DNA of 64,000 bases, taken from Ruditapes philippinarum (lineage: Eukaryota). The notes beneath the pieces were generated by a model. It had not been told where the DNA came from. It saw nothing but the letters and a program-made list of their open reading frames with translations, and searched no databases. Each line of letters begins with the position of its first letter. The first letter of the stretch is position 1. Positions 1-11,790 of this stretch are shown here, piece after piece. The translations under genes were made by a program, and so were the position numbers. The stretch spans positions 1 through 64,000 of the forward strand of contig NW_026853658.1 of the NCBI RefSeq assembly GCF_026571515.1, read 5' to 3'.

Positions 1-949
1 TCTCTAACATGAGATGCGTTGAGTTCCATCTCGTTGGCACATCTTGAATAAGTTCATGTTCAGGCACTTTGAACACTTTCTGTCTAATTTCTCATCTTTG
101 ATGTTATGGTTGTGGAATGTTTAAAGTGCCCAACAAGTTTTCTACTTTAAGCCGATATTTTACTAGCATTTGGTACATGTGTAGTTCAAGTGCGGAGTTT
201 TACGCACAACTGAAGCGTATGTCAAAAGCAGCCCGTCAACCCAATCCTCGCACTTTTCACTAGCACTTTGCATATTTCTCGCGTTATCATGTACACTCGA
301 CCCAACTTTTCTTTCTAATCTGAACTCAGATACACAGTCCTTCATTTTATTTGAGAGATTTTCACCGGTGTGTCTCTCTTGCATTTCGCGAGTCATCAAC
401 ACGTTAGATTCTATCATCCAGTCATCAATTAGATGGTGTTCAGTAATAGTCATGTAACTGTCAGTAGTGTTAGATGTCCATGTATCAGTGATGACAGAAA
501 CTGATTGACACTTTCTATGTTTTTGACAAGAGACTCTCTTTCGTCATCGTATCTCTTCTCAATACGCGATTTTACTGTGTTTCTACACGGGACTTTGTAC
601 TCTGGCACTACTCTCTGCATCAAATTAAGAAAACTTCACTTTCTACTATATACTTAAGGTATATAGTCCTTTACAATCATGTTTGCTATAGCCTGTGGGA
701 TTTTTTCACTTTGCGTTGTTTCTTTTTTTTATTTTTTTATTTTTGCGTATTCACAAATATGTCCATTGAGTGTTGTTTCTGTGCGTCAGAGTTTTTGTTT
801 TCAGAAGGATGCTTTAAGTGTAAATGATTTATCATGTTTGTAGTACCACCAGTATACGTCATTTCGCAGCTACATAATGTACATTTAACAGTATTGCTAT
901 CAGCACAGCGTTTGAAATATTTCCAGGCATTAGATTTTGCAGGCGGCAT
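1..949 (-). pseudogene. Frameshifted hAT transposase (BED zinc finger plus RNase H-like DDE domain)
   Basis: 737-949 encodes a BED finger (W..F..C..C...GGTTNM..HL..KH). Downstream minus-strand frames give TDTWT, RHTGENL, HDNARNM, GCF*HTLQL, LVGHFKHS and LIQDVPTRWNST. These frames are broken by stops and frameshifts. Confidence 0.9.
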
Positions 950-1530
950 TTTGACTCTTATGGAAATTTTAATATCTTATTCTAAGCAAAAACTTTATCA
1001 AGATATAAAAAAGAAATGATATTTCTGGATTTATATGCTTAAGGAAGAAAAGGGAGTTACTCTCCTTTATTGAGTAAAGAAAAACAACGTATAATTGGGT
1101 CTAATTACAACCTTTAATCTAACATTCATAATAACAATCCGGCCCTTTACTGTTTTCAAAACGGTTACCTTAAAACAAGTTTCGGCTACAAACTGTTACA
1201 CAATTAAAGGTCATTAAATATCATAAGAGGCCGAATGATGTAAGCGACACAGGTGTTCAATCCCATGCGCGTGTCAAACTGTTGATCACTCGTTATGTTT
1301 ACGATATAATTTTCGCACCTCTTCAAGGATGTTTTTATTGCATTTTACAGGTATTTATGAAGATACATGTATATCTCCGAATTTCTAAACTAATTGGACA
1401 CCAATCTCATTAAATCTAAAATAAATAGAAATTTTATTTTTTTTCCGAGTAATCGAATATCAATTTTGTTAACCGATATTCGGACGTTCGATCGAGTACT
1501 CGGTTAACCGAGTACTCGTTGCCATCCCTA
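1..1530 (-). mobile_element. hAT-superfamily (ZBED1/Ac-like) DNA transposon, 5' portion; continues beyond window start
   Basis: The minus-strand terminus TAGGGATGGCAACGAG at 1530 is a typical hAT end, flanked by TATATATA. A perfect 26-bp subterminal palindrome (cgagtactcggttaaccgagtactcg) lies at 1493-1518. Transposase remnants lie downstream. Confidence 0.9.
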
Positions 1531-1538
1531 TATATATA

Positions 1539-2231
1539 TTAATAATGATTACAATTATTTGCTCTGTAATTATTATATTTTGCGTGATTTTGAGAATTAG
1601 AAAATTTTACTCTGGCAGAAAATCTAGCTCTGAAATTCTGTTCATTCATTGCGCAAGTAATTGCTTCTTGTAAAGTTTTTGGCTTTTCTCTCATAAGTTT
1701 AAGTTTTAAATAATTATGCGCTAAATTATCCGTAAACAATTCTATTAACTGAAGTTCAATTAAACTATTATCTCCTAGTTTATAATTTTCATAAGCGGTT
1801 TCAGCACAATTAATAAATTTTTCCCCAAAAATTTGAACACTTTCTCCCAAATCTTGTTTTAAATTTCTCAAAAGATAAAATTCATGATGTAAATCTTTAA
1901 TTTCCCCAAATCTAGTACTTATTTCTTCTTTTAATTGTTCCCACGAATTACGATGATTATCACGCAAATATCTACATATAAAATCGCTTACAGTCCCTTT
2001 ACTTGATTGAAATGCGACTAATTTTATTTTATTATCATCCAAACCTTTTAAAATAGCATATTTTTCTATAGATTTTATCCAGTCATTAAAATATTTAGAA
2101 TTTCCATCAAAATTTTGTACTATTTCTGATAAACCCTGTGTACCTATGATAGTTGAAATATTGTTCAATTTATCTGACAAATTTTCAAAAATTGTAGCTA
2201 TTTCTTGATCTGACATCTTCAAAATTAGCAA
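1539..2231 (-). CDS. gag: Ty3/Gypsy-type retrotransposon Gag-like ORF, probably truncated
   Basis: 230-aa ORF with gag/capsid-like motifs (FDG..F.DW, W..LK..I..RF, L.Q..GESV..F, F..L, P.TL.EA..A). It sits directly downstream of an LTR and PBS, and stops 8 bp from the hAT end. Confidence 0.8.
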   Translation of the reverse strand: MLILKMSDQEIATIFENLSDKLNNISTIIGTQGLSEIVQNFDGNSKYFNDWIKSIEKYAILKGLDDNKIKLVAFQSSKGTVSDFICRYLRDNHRNSWEQLKEEISTRFGEIKDLHHEFYLLRNLKQDLGESVQIFGEKFINCAETAYENYKLGDNSLIELQLIELFTDNLAHNYLKLKLMREKPKTLQEAITCAMNEQNFRARFSARVKFSNSQNHAKYNNYRANNCNHY

Positions 2232-2324
2232 ATTACTGGTATATTAACGATCACTCACCTTTAATTTTCTGTTACAGGTACTTCGTTGTGTCCCGCTATC
2301 CAAAATCGTCGCTTCGACATCGCT

Positions 2325-2338
2325 GGTCTTAGGCGCCA
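2325..2338 (-). promoter_or_regulatory. Putative tRNA primer-binding site
   Basis: TGGCGCCTAAGACC on the minus strand just after the LTR end. The TGG is complementary to the tRNA CCA end. The priming tRNA was not identified. Confidence 0.6.
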
Positions 2339-2348
2339 AATCAACCGT

Positions 2349-2727
2349 TGTCGTATAACGGAGGAAGAACTCACGGATGTTACATACTTTTAATATACAA
2401 ATACAAACACACATGTGAACGAGTGGAATACCAAAGTCGAACTCCCCTACTCTGACATTTGAGAATAGTATATATAATATCAACCTGTCCTAAGGACATT
2501 TTATAATGTATATAAATACACACGTTTTAGAGTTACATATATTAATCATCCTGACATAAGGTCAGTCCGTATGCATCTCCTGCACTATAATACTCATAAA
2601 TCATGTCATGTTCCATAGTGCACATTAAGAAATAAAAACCCTAATATATGTATATACATGTTGACTTGTCATTCTTTTTTAATATAGCGTGTATGACTCA
2701 TTAGCCTGTGCAACCAGCTATACGACA
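2349..2727 (-). mobile_element. 5' LTR (~379 bp) of a Gypsy-like element
   Basis: Inverted termini TGTCGTATA...TATACGACA follow the TG...CA rule. On the minus strand the LTR is followed 10 nt later by TGGCGCC (PBS) and then the gag ORF. Confidence 0.8.
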
Positions 2728-3879
2728 CTGTTAAGAAGATATTTGAAATTTTATACATATAATATATATTTGTTAAGCCCATACAAATTGATAGATTATA
2801 GTGATGAGCCTTTGTTCAACTTATACGTAAGAATTCGGTGGCTGATTCAGCCAAACACCTGCCCGTTGCCTTGTTTTGCCTGAATATTAATCAATCTGAT
2901 GCCCTACATGTTTACATTACATTACTTGTCGCTGAATTTTTTTTTCTATAACATGATTATGAAAAATCAAAGATAATGACTTTTTGCAACTTGATGTGTT
3001 TACCAATACTTCACTACATGTGAAATTTGCTTTTCGATTTCAACTGATTAAAGACCGTTTACAAACCTTAATAAAATTGTATATGAAATCCTTAAACATT
3101 ACAATGTTCGTTGCAAGTAAAATATTCGAAGACGAACAGCTGTAAATTAGTTTATTGTTAATATTCTCTCACCTAGTGAATCCATTTTATCTGGAATCAA
3201 TCCGGTGCCATGAATCCAAATCAGTTCTGGAAATATTCAAAATCAACCCGGAGCGATTACATGTCGTGATATAACCTCGGATTAATATAATTCCACTTAT
3301 TAAAATATGCCCTTATTCACAAAAAAATATCACTTTTATTTAGAAATTCATAAATATTGACATAATTTTCAAATAAATGACCGACAAAAATGTTCTATGC
3401 TGAAGATTTATATCAATTTCCAAAGCGTTTCCACGTGCAAGGTTTAAAAAATATAAAGTAAAAACCGTGGACATGATTACGCCCATGCGATACCGGAAAT
3501 ATATACTATGTCAAATCAACACTTTCATCTTCCATGTACACTATGCTTTTCCGTAAAGATGCTCAAACTTTCGGTTTGCCCCGGAAATCTACATTTTTGG
3601 ATTTCTACAACTAAAAACTATGTAATATGTTTATATCAACATTTACAAACAGTTTTATTTCCCTTGAACTCAGCTCATAAATAAGATTTTAGATTAATTA
3701 GACTGTATGTCTTTTATATGGTTGTTTAATTTTGAAAATGATTTATTTGCTTGTTTATTTTATAACACCCCAACAGGTAGTAGTCGGGAAAATATTGATG
3801 ATCAATCTATATTTAAAATTCTACTTGATTATATGTTGAATTTTGAAAATATGTACAATAATAAATGTAATTTGATTAG

Positions 3880-6070
3880 AAAAAAGCTAGGCTTTGTAAT
3901 GCTAGGTTATATTAGAAAATGTTAAGAGGCTCTGTTTCTGAAAATAATAAATGTAAGCTAACCACTTGAGATTTTCAAACATAATTTAAGTCTATAAATG
4001 ATTGGGAGTCTGTATTTTGTCAAGCTGATGAAGATGTTTTATATCTTAACGATAGGTAGAACTTAATGTTCCTTTCACTGGTACTGAAATTATTAATGCT
4101 TGCAAATAGTTAAATGTTGGTAAATCAGCTGGGCCTAATAATTTACTAAATGAGTGTTTTAAGTTTGGTCACATTTTACAGGTTATAGTTTCTTTGTTTA
4201 ATCAAACGTTTGATATAGGTTATTTTCCATCAAGTTGGACAGAAGGTTTTATTGTACCTATTCATTAAAATTGGATATAGACCCTAACAATTATAAGGGT
4301 ATTACTCTTCTTAGCATCTTTAAGGAAACGTTTTACATAAGTAATAAATGAACAATAAAAATTGTGGGCAGGCGGGATTAAGAAAAATACAACATGAGCA
4401 CTATTTATTATGTCTTTATACTACAATGTACTATATGGTATTATAACACATTTATGTAATAATAAATAAAAGTTGTATGCTGTTTTTTGCTGTTGTTTTT
4501 TTTATTTCACTAAATCTTTGATTATTATGTGGTATAAATTAATAAAATTTGGAGTGAAAGGTTAAATGTTAAATATAATTAGGTCTATGTATGGGAAAGT
4601 TAGATCAAGAGTAAAATACAATACTACTATTAGTGAAGAGTATATATATTACTTGGGAGTAAGACAAGGCGAATCCCTTTAGCCGTTTTTATTTTCCATG
4701 TATTTAAATGATGTAAAAGAATATTTTATGTTAAATGGGAATAAAAGTAGTGATTTGCGTATTTTTAAGAATTTTTATTTATTGTTATATGCAGATGATA
4801 AAGTGATTTTTATGTCTGAAGGAGGGCTTATAAAAATGATTATTTGAAATATGTTGTGATGGGTGGACTGTGCAAAGACAAAGGTTTTGATTTTTAGAAA
4901 AGGGGTAGACTTAGACATAACTTCAATGATATTTATTGTAAAGATTAATAACTTGAAATTTCGAAACTGTTTACATATCTAGGCATTGATTTTTCTGTAG
5001 ACGGATCTTTTAATATGACTTTTGAAACACTTTTTGGACAAGTATTGAAGGCACTGTATAAACTTGAAAAAGCACTAATGAGATTTGCTTGTATGTTAGT
5101 TGAAAATAAACTGAATCTATTTGATAAACTTATTCTACCTTTTTTTAACTATGGATCACAAATATAAGGATTTCTTGATAATACTGAACAAGAATATATA
5201 TATTTCAAGTATTGTAAGCAGTTGTTAGGAGTTGAAACACAATTACAATTTCTTTTATCTATGGTGAACTAGGAAGGACATCAACAATGATAGCTTTTAA
5301 CGTTTTAAAATACTGGTTAAAAATGTTCCGTTAAGTAGTACAAAATATATCAAAGTTGTGTGTGTCATATTTAGAACTTAAACTAAATTCAATGTCCTGG
5401 GATGTCTGTTATGTTTTTGTTACAATCTTCAATGAAGTATGGGTGTTGAAAAGTTCAGGAAATCTTAATCACATTTTAGTACTGCTTCATATAGATTAAA
5501 AGTAGAAACTGGTAGATGGCATAAACCTGAAGCAATTCCTTTTAATGAAATGAAATCAAAATTGAAGATGTATCATTAGAATGTCCACAGTACAATGTTT
5601 GGAGAAAATGTTTATATATTAAATATTTTTTGGAAAAAACCAAATATACTAACATTTATTGAACTGTTAACATCTCAAAATGAAAATATTATCAATGTGT
5701 ATCTTAATTAATAATCTTATGTTTGAATTAAGAACAAATGTTGAATACTCGTAAATTATATTTACCTAGGAAGATAAATGTAATGGTTTTTAATTGATAG
5801 CATTATGTAAAACATGTTCTTTGTTAAAACCTTGCTGTAATATGATTATTCTGTTAATATTTAACCAAACGTTTGTCTCAAATATGCAGTAAATGTTTAA
5901 TATATGTACATATTTAATGTCTGTCTGTCTGTATGTATGTTTTTATGTATTTATGTTTGTATGTATGTTTGTATGTATGTTTGTATGTATGTTTGTATGT
6001 ATGTTTGAATATATGTTGTGTACTCTTGGGTATAATACCCACATGTATTTTGTAATAAAATCTGAATCTT
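3880..6070 (+). mobile_element. Decayed non-LTR retrotransposon (LINE; CR1/L2-like), RT pseudogene plus 3' UTR
   Basis: RT motifs LGVRQGESL*PFLFSMYLND (~4652-4712), LLLYADD (~4780-4800) and FTYLG (~4970-4985), with many stops and frameshifts. A tail-like aataaaatctgaatct lies at ~6054-6069. The 5' boundary is approximate. Confidence 0.85.
5918..6007. repeat. Compound (TGTA/TGTT) microsatellite with 12-bp higher-order unit gtatgtatgttt
   Basis: Directly visible. It generates the spurious ORFs 5893-6192 and 5943-6188. Confidence 0.95.
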
Positions 6071-6261
6071 TATTATTTTGTCCGTGGGCTTTCGTGAATA
6101 AGTTTCTGCACATTAGAACCTCATACTTAACCATTACATCTTCAAATAAACATGTGTCAGACAGAATAGCTATTGTTAACTCGTGCATTTAATCCTATTT
6201 AACATATATTATGTTTACCCTTTGTTACTTTAGCAACTAACATTCATTAATCTTATTTCAG

Positions 6262-9200
6262 ATATATTTGGACCTGCGGTTACAAGTGATAAAAAATGTT
6301 TGGCTTTTGATAAATACAGTGAAACGTTTTGGCAATCCTGTAGTTTACCATATAAAAGTGTCTGCAAAACAAAAAGTAAATATGCTTAGCAACTTTCAGT
6401 ATTATTCCAATTCATGCGAAAAATTCAATATATCTATTAACAATTAGTTCCCACCTGCCTGTCATTTTTTCCGATAAAGCTTTGCCAACCAATCAAAACA
6501 TCCATTACATAGAAGCAGTTTTACAAAATAATCAACATCCACAAAGTCGGACAAGTCGTTAATTTTACGTTACAAAAAGAAATTTACTTGGAACTGAGGA
6601 ACATAAGATTCTATCATTGTTCGTATCTGAGCATCAATTTCAGGTTATATATTTAAAGCAGCACGCCTCCACATTTATCCTTATTTTCAAGAAAATTTTG
6701 AAACTGTATTTAAAAATAACATATTGTGAAATGATCAAAGAAAGTAAATTAACACATTGCAAACGGTACTTACAATAATTATTTTAAATTACCAAAAAGA
6801 GGGCAAAATATGCATAAATATCCCTTACTGCGTTAGTAACGCAGCAGTAGAAATATGATAATCAATACTGCAAAATCAGTCATTCGCAGCACATAAGATA
6901 GTACTTGAATTTTGAATCTTTTTATCATTCTTACAATCTTAGTTATCTTTCCAAAGTTGTATTGTCTTAAAATATTTTAGCTCATCTGGAGGCATGCATC
7001 TTTAAAAAAATATGATGTATGTATATGTATTCGTAATGTCTAGAAATCATGAAAACACTTTTTTCTCTCTCCAACTGTTAATAGGAGATACTGATACACT
7101 TTCAAGAATGCAATCTAGCGGCTACTGAATGGCTGATTGAAAGGTCATGAGAAGGAAGGTTATTGGTGACTACCAGTAATTAAAAAGCATTAAATATGTG
7201 CTGTTTGAACCAGACTGACCAATACTGGGAAAGGCGCAAGTCGAATCCAATTTTTTTAAACTGTGTACGAGTCCAATGGAATCAGAATCAGTTTTTTTTA
7301 AGAATCCAATAGAATTAGTTCTGTATAAGTCCAATATAATCAGTATCATAACCTATATTCACTGCTTCAATTATTTGCAAATATATACTTTGCAGTACTT
7401 TGTTCATTTGAGTACAATTTATATTGTATACGAACTCATATGGACTGTGAAAATGAAAACTTGTAAAGCAATAACATTGTTTGCATCTTTTTTTAATTCT
7501 AAGATGGAACATACATAAGTGGTTTCGCAGGACAACAATCGTTACTTTCATGGGCATCATATATCAAGCAGTGTTTTAAAAACATCTGTTACCCAATCAC
7601 TTTGGAAGATGTCCAAAACAGACCACATCAACTTTACGAGCTTGCAACAAGCTTAACATGGACACGTCTTACACAAAGCACTGTAATTTATGGGTTCAGA
7701 GGTGTGTTTGTATGTTCATTAAAACATCGTGGCAAACATTTTCCAACAAGAAGATAATTGTATATATAAATAGACTTGGCTGATCAATTATAAACGATTT
7801 CTGTATCGATTTTGCTTTAATGATTAGAAAATTGCAGTTCAAACATACTCGTATGTATAGCAGGTAAAGCAGGCGTCTGTTTAGTATAATCATGTTTTGT
7901 TCAGTACTACTCAATGCATCTGCAAATGAAATTTTTGATTTCCTTAAAAACAGAAAATGACTTAAATCGCAATAGTTTTATAGTTGATAACATTTGTTTT
8001 TTAATCTTATCATTTTTTGTTACATATTTTATCATATGATCATTTGTACGAATACACGCGATCGAATGATCGACTAATGAAAAACTATTTGACAAAGTCC
8101 TTTCATATTTTTTATACAAATTGATCGTACCGTCATTCACTTCTGTTAAATTCATGTTTATTCACTAAGAGTAATATAAGTGTGCATCTAAGGCCATCCA
8201 ATCCGGCACCATCATAAATGATTTATAGCTTCTGAAATAATTATAATCATTTCTCATTTTAATATAAAAACAACCTGGCAGTATTTTTTAATTTTATAGA
8301 AAGACACAAATCATTCTTTGGTCAAAATAAAATCATATGGTAGTTGACAATATTTTTTAGAATGATATGATTATCACTTTATATATTTTCATAACAGAAT
8401 TCAACACAACAATGAACATATCATACGGCTATCTTAAAAGACAAGGTGAACATGTAAATATGCTTTTTACAGAAGACGGTAATGTAGCTAAACGAACCCT
8501 TTTTGAATCACGTGAGTACATTAAAATGAAAGGATTACGGGAGTTATACATGTTATATAATTTTTATGATATAAAATGTGATGAGAAGAAATTTATTAAA
8601 ATGTTCTTTTTATTTGCTAAGCTGTTAATCAAATTACAACAAACTGTATTTCAATTATGCGTTACAGCGATAAAGCACGATTTCGTGTGAATGTGAATGA
8701 CAAGACCAGTGTAAATGTATAATTGACCTTTAACCATATTCGGTACACGCAATTTTGGATTGTTAAGCTATCATCAAACATAAAATATTGTTAAAGCGAA
8801 ACTACAGTAATGCTTCAGAATTATTCTATTTTGTTTTAAAATGATATGAAGTCCATATTGTGATATGTTTGAAATTTAGCTGATGTAAAAGAATCATCAA
8901 CATCCGTATCTCGTGAATCATCAACATCCGTATCTCGTGAATCATCAGCATCGAAAACCTCCATAGGGTCATTCGCATCAGAGACAACGAGCGTTCCGAT
9001 TAAGGAATCACAGATGGGTCAAAGTAAAATTACCTTTATAATTTACGAAATGATAGAACATTTTCTTTCTTGTGTTAATATTTAGACATAGGTTATTCAT
9101 TTATGAATATTAAAATGCATATCTTTCGGCTGTAGCATCTATCATAATAACATTTAATGAACTGATATTTTGTTGAAAGTGTTGTTATGTCGTTCGATTT

Positions 9201-11790
9201 TGTAATTATTTTACCTGGCTTGATATTTTTTTTATTAAAATACATTCCTTGGGACGACTTTCGGGTTTAATGAAGGTTTATTTTGTTCAGTTTTGTTTAT
9301 TGTAGCTGACTTACATGTCGATATATTTTGCAACTTATGTGATGATACTTACGCAGCCCCTAAGGTGACATTCTCGTTTTTACGAAAAATTAATTCGTTT
9401 TTACGAAATATTAATTCGTTTTTACAAAATATTAATTCTTTTTTACGAAATGTTATTTCATAATTGCGAAATAATAATTCGTTTTTACGAAATATCAATT
9501 CGTTTTTACGAAATATTAATTTGTATTTACGAAATATTATTTCGTAATTACTAAATATTAATTCGTAAAAACGAAATCTTATTTCGTAATTACGAAATAT
9601 AATTCGTTTTTACGAAATCTTATTTAAGGTCATTGTGAGCTTGACAAAGAACCTACTAATCTCACTTATGGGTCATTTACAAGCCTATATCAACCTTGCG
9701 ATTATGAGCCGAATGGTACTCAAAATTATTATATTTAAGTGAACTGGGTTATTTGAGTGGGAAGTCATTCTCTATCCAAAATGGCCTCTTTTCCCCATTG
9801 TCAAAAACATATTCCTATCAGCAATGTTTTAGTATTTGTGGCAATTAATCAGAAAAACAGAAACATGCTATATTATTCCTTTCTTTTATCATATATTCGT
9901 ACATTAGTAAAACTAAATGGGGGGGGGGGGGTCTCCGGCCTTTCACTAATCAATCAATTTAAAACGAATAATTCCTTACATTTAATGTATGGGTACCGTG
10001 CGATCATAAAAACATAATATTTCATTTCAAAACTCAATAATTTGGACAAAACGAAAAAGAAAACCATGTCCGTGTTCTTAACTAAATTTTCCTAGCGCGT
10101 GTACTATCACGACTGTGGCTCAACGCGACTGTTCTAGTTTATATACCATGATAGTGTTAAGTTAACAAAACTTGGGGAAAACAAAAATTTATATTACATG
10201 CCTTATTTTTTTCAGTCAGGAACTAAGTTTTGAGGCCTTATTTATAACTATTTCCAAAACTTTTTGAAACCCTAAAAAGATTTAATTCGTTTTTACGAAA
10301 TATTATTTCGTATTTACGAATTATTATTTCGTAATTACAAAATTATATTCCGTTAATACGGAATAATATTTCGTAAAAACGAATTAATATTTCGTAATGA
10401 CGAATTAACATTTCGTATAAAAGAATTAATATTCCGTAAAAACAAATTAATATTTCGTAATTACAAATTAATATTTCGTAAAAACGAATTATTATTTCGT
10501 AATTACGAATTATTATTTCGTAAAACGAATTAAGTTCCGGAAAAAAAGTGTTGAAAATGTCACCTTAGGGGCTCCGTAGATACTATAGTAAACATTGACG
10601 TTAATGTGAAAAACAACTCATTGTCGTCATACGAACTTAAAAATCATTCATTCGGCGTTAACTTTGGTTAATTTAAGGTCTTAGTCTACTGCTATAGCTA
10701 TTCAAAGTTCAGATCTGGTGCTAAAAACAACACTGTATTTTACTTATTAATAATATACATTAAAGTTGTAAACAACAAAATGACTTGAGTATATTTCAAC
10801 GAACCTTGCTGTTTTATTTATTGATGTCGTCATGTCATTATATGTCATTAAGATGTTTATTTATCTCAAATCCTGCTTAAAACGAAGGTATTGTGTGGCT
10901 CCATAACTTTGTATAAGGAAACATAGGGGCACATGTATACTAAAATAAAACAAAAACTAACGTATGGTCACAGACTGAAGGCACTTTTCTGAACTTCATT
11001 TGCATAAAAATCGCTTGGACCCGTAAAGTATAACCTGATCCAAGATACAACTTCCTTTTATCGACTAAACTGAATGAATAATAGTCTAGTCTATCCATAG
11101 TAAATTGTGTTTTCAGGCTCCTCTATAATCGTTCCGGTAGGTGTTTCGTCTATTGCTGTCACTGTCGTTGTGCTAGTTGTGGTACTCGTCGTATTAAAGA
11201 GACGGTATTGTATTTCTATGAATACTTGCCTATTTTACATGTTTAGCAAATATATTAAAAGACAATTATAATTTTCTAAAGTGAAAATTTTAATCAAACC
11301 ATTGTAAATTGTATGTGTCTATGTGATGACATAGGAAGTTTTTGTTTTTACTATTATACAGAAACTGTTATTAATGAAAATGAAAAAAATATATTAATGA
11401 ATGTAAACATGAACTAACCAGTTAAGTTTAAATGATGAACACAAATAAAAAGGGGTATTAACAAACTTGTGATACAGATTCAATCTAAATAACGTATTGA
11501 AAGAATTTATTTTCCTTTTCAGTGGCAAAATCCCACCCACATGTTTCAGAAATGTTCAATCTGATTCTTCAGAATATGCCACACCAGAAATTCACCGAGT
11601 TGATCAACATGACTACGCTTCTTTAGGATTAAATCAGGGTCAAGTTAGTGGGATAGAACTTCCTTCAACGACCTACACTGATTATAATGCCATTCATGGA
11701 AATAACGAACATACGTATTCTGAATTAGAAACACATGCAGAGGCATCCAACACTGATGCAAACATTGAAAGTCATTATTACAGATACTAG
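6262..11790 (+). CDS. Receptor A (5'-partial): CTLD1 C-half, CTLD2, stalk, TM, short ITAM-like tail
   Basis: Phase-compatible GT-AG exons: 6262-6375 (KKCLAF..TFWQSC..SVC), 7504-7701 (SW..QC..YP..TWTRL..VIY), 8398-8511 (YGYL..), 8880-9023 (Ser/Thr stalk), 11117-11204 (TM IIVPVGVSSIAVTVVVLVVVLVVLKRR), 11523-11790 (tail). AATAAA at 12083. Exons 1-4 were not found in the window. Confidence 0.85.
6657..7001. mobile_element. Non-autonomous TTAA-flanked DNA transposon (Kolobok-like MITE)
   Basis: TTAA|AGCAGCACGCCTCCA ... TGGAGGCATGCATCT|TTAA. Related sequence recurs at ~42731-42990 and ~41959. Confidence 0.7.
9352..10576. mobile_element. Foldback-type non-autonomous DNA transposon with TA target duplication
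   Basis: TIRs TA|CGCAGCCCCTAAGGTGACATT ... AATGTCACCTTAGGGGCTCCG|TA. Subterminal arrays of a ~21-bp unit (ttcgtttttacgaaatattaa) lie at ~9374-9625 and, largely inverted, at ~10283-10535. Confidence 0.9.

Noticed and set aside
5893-6192. ORFs with CMFV/HTNI repeats
   Set aside because: They are translations of a microsatellite in the LINE 3' UTR.
9374-10535. Arrays of ~21-bp quasi-palindromic repeats resembling a CRISPR array
   Set aside because: There are no unique spacers and no cas genes, the context is eukaryotic, and the arrays are subterminal repeats within TIRs.
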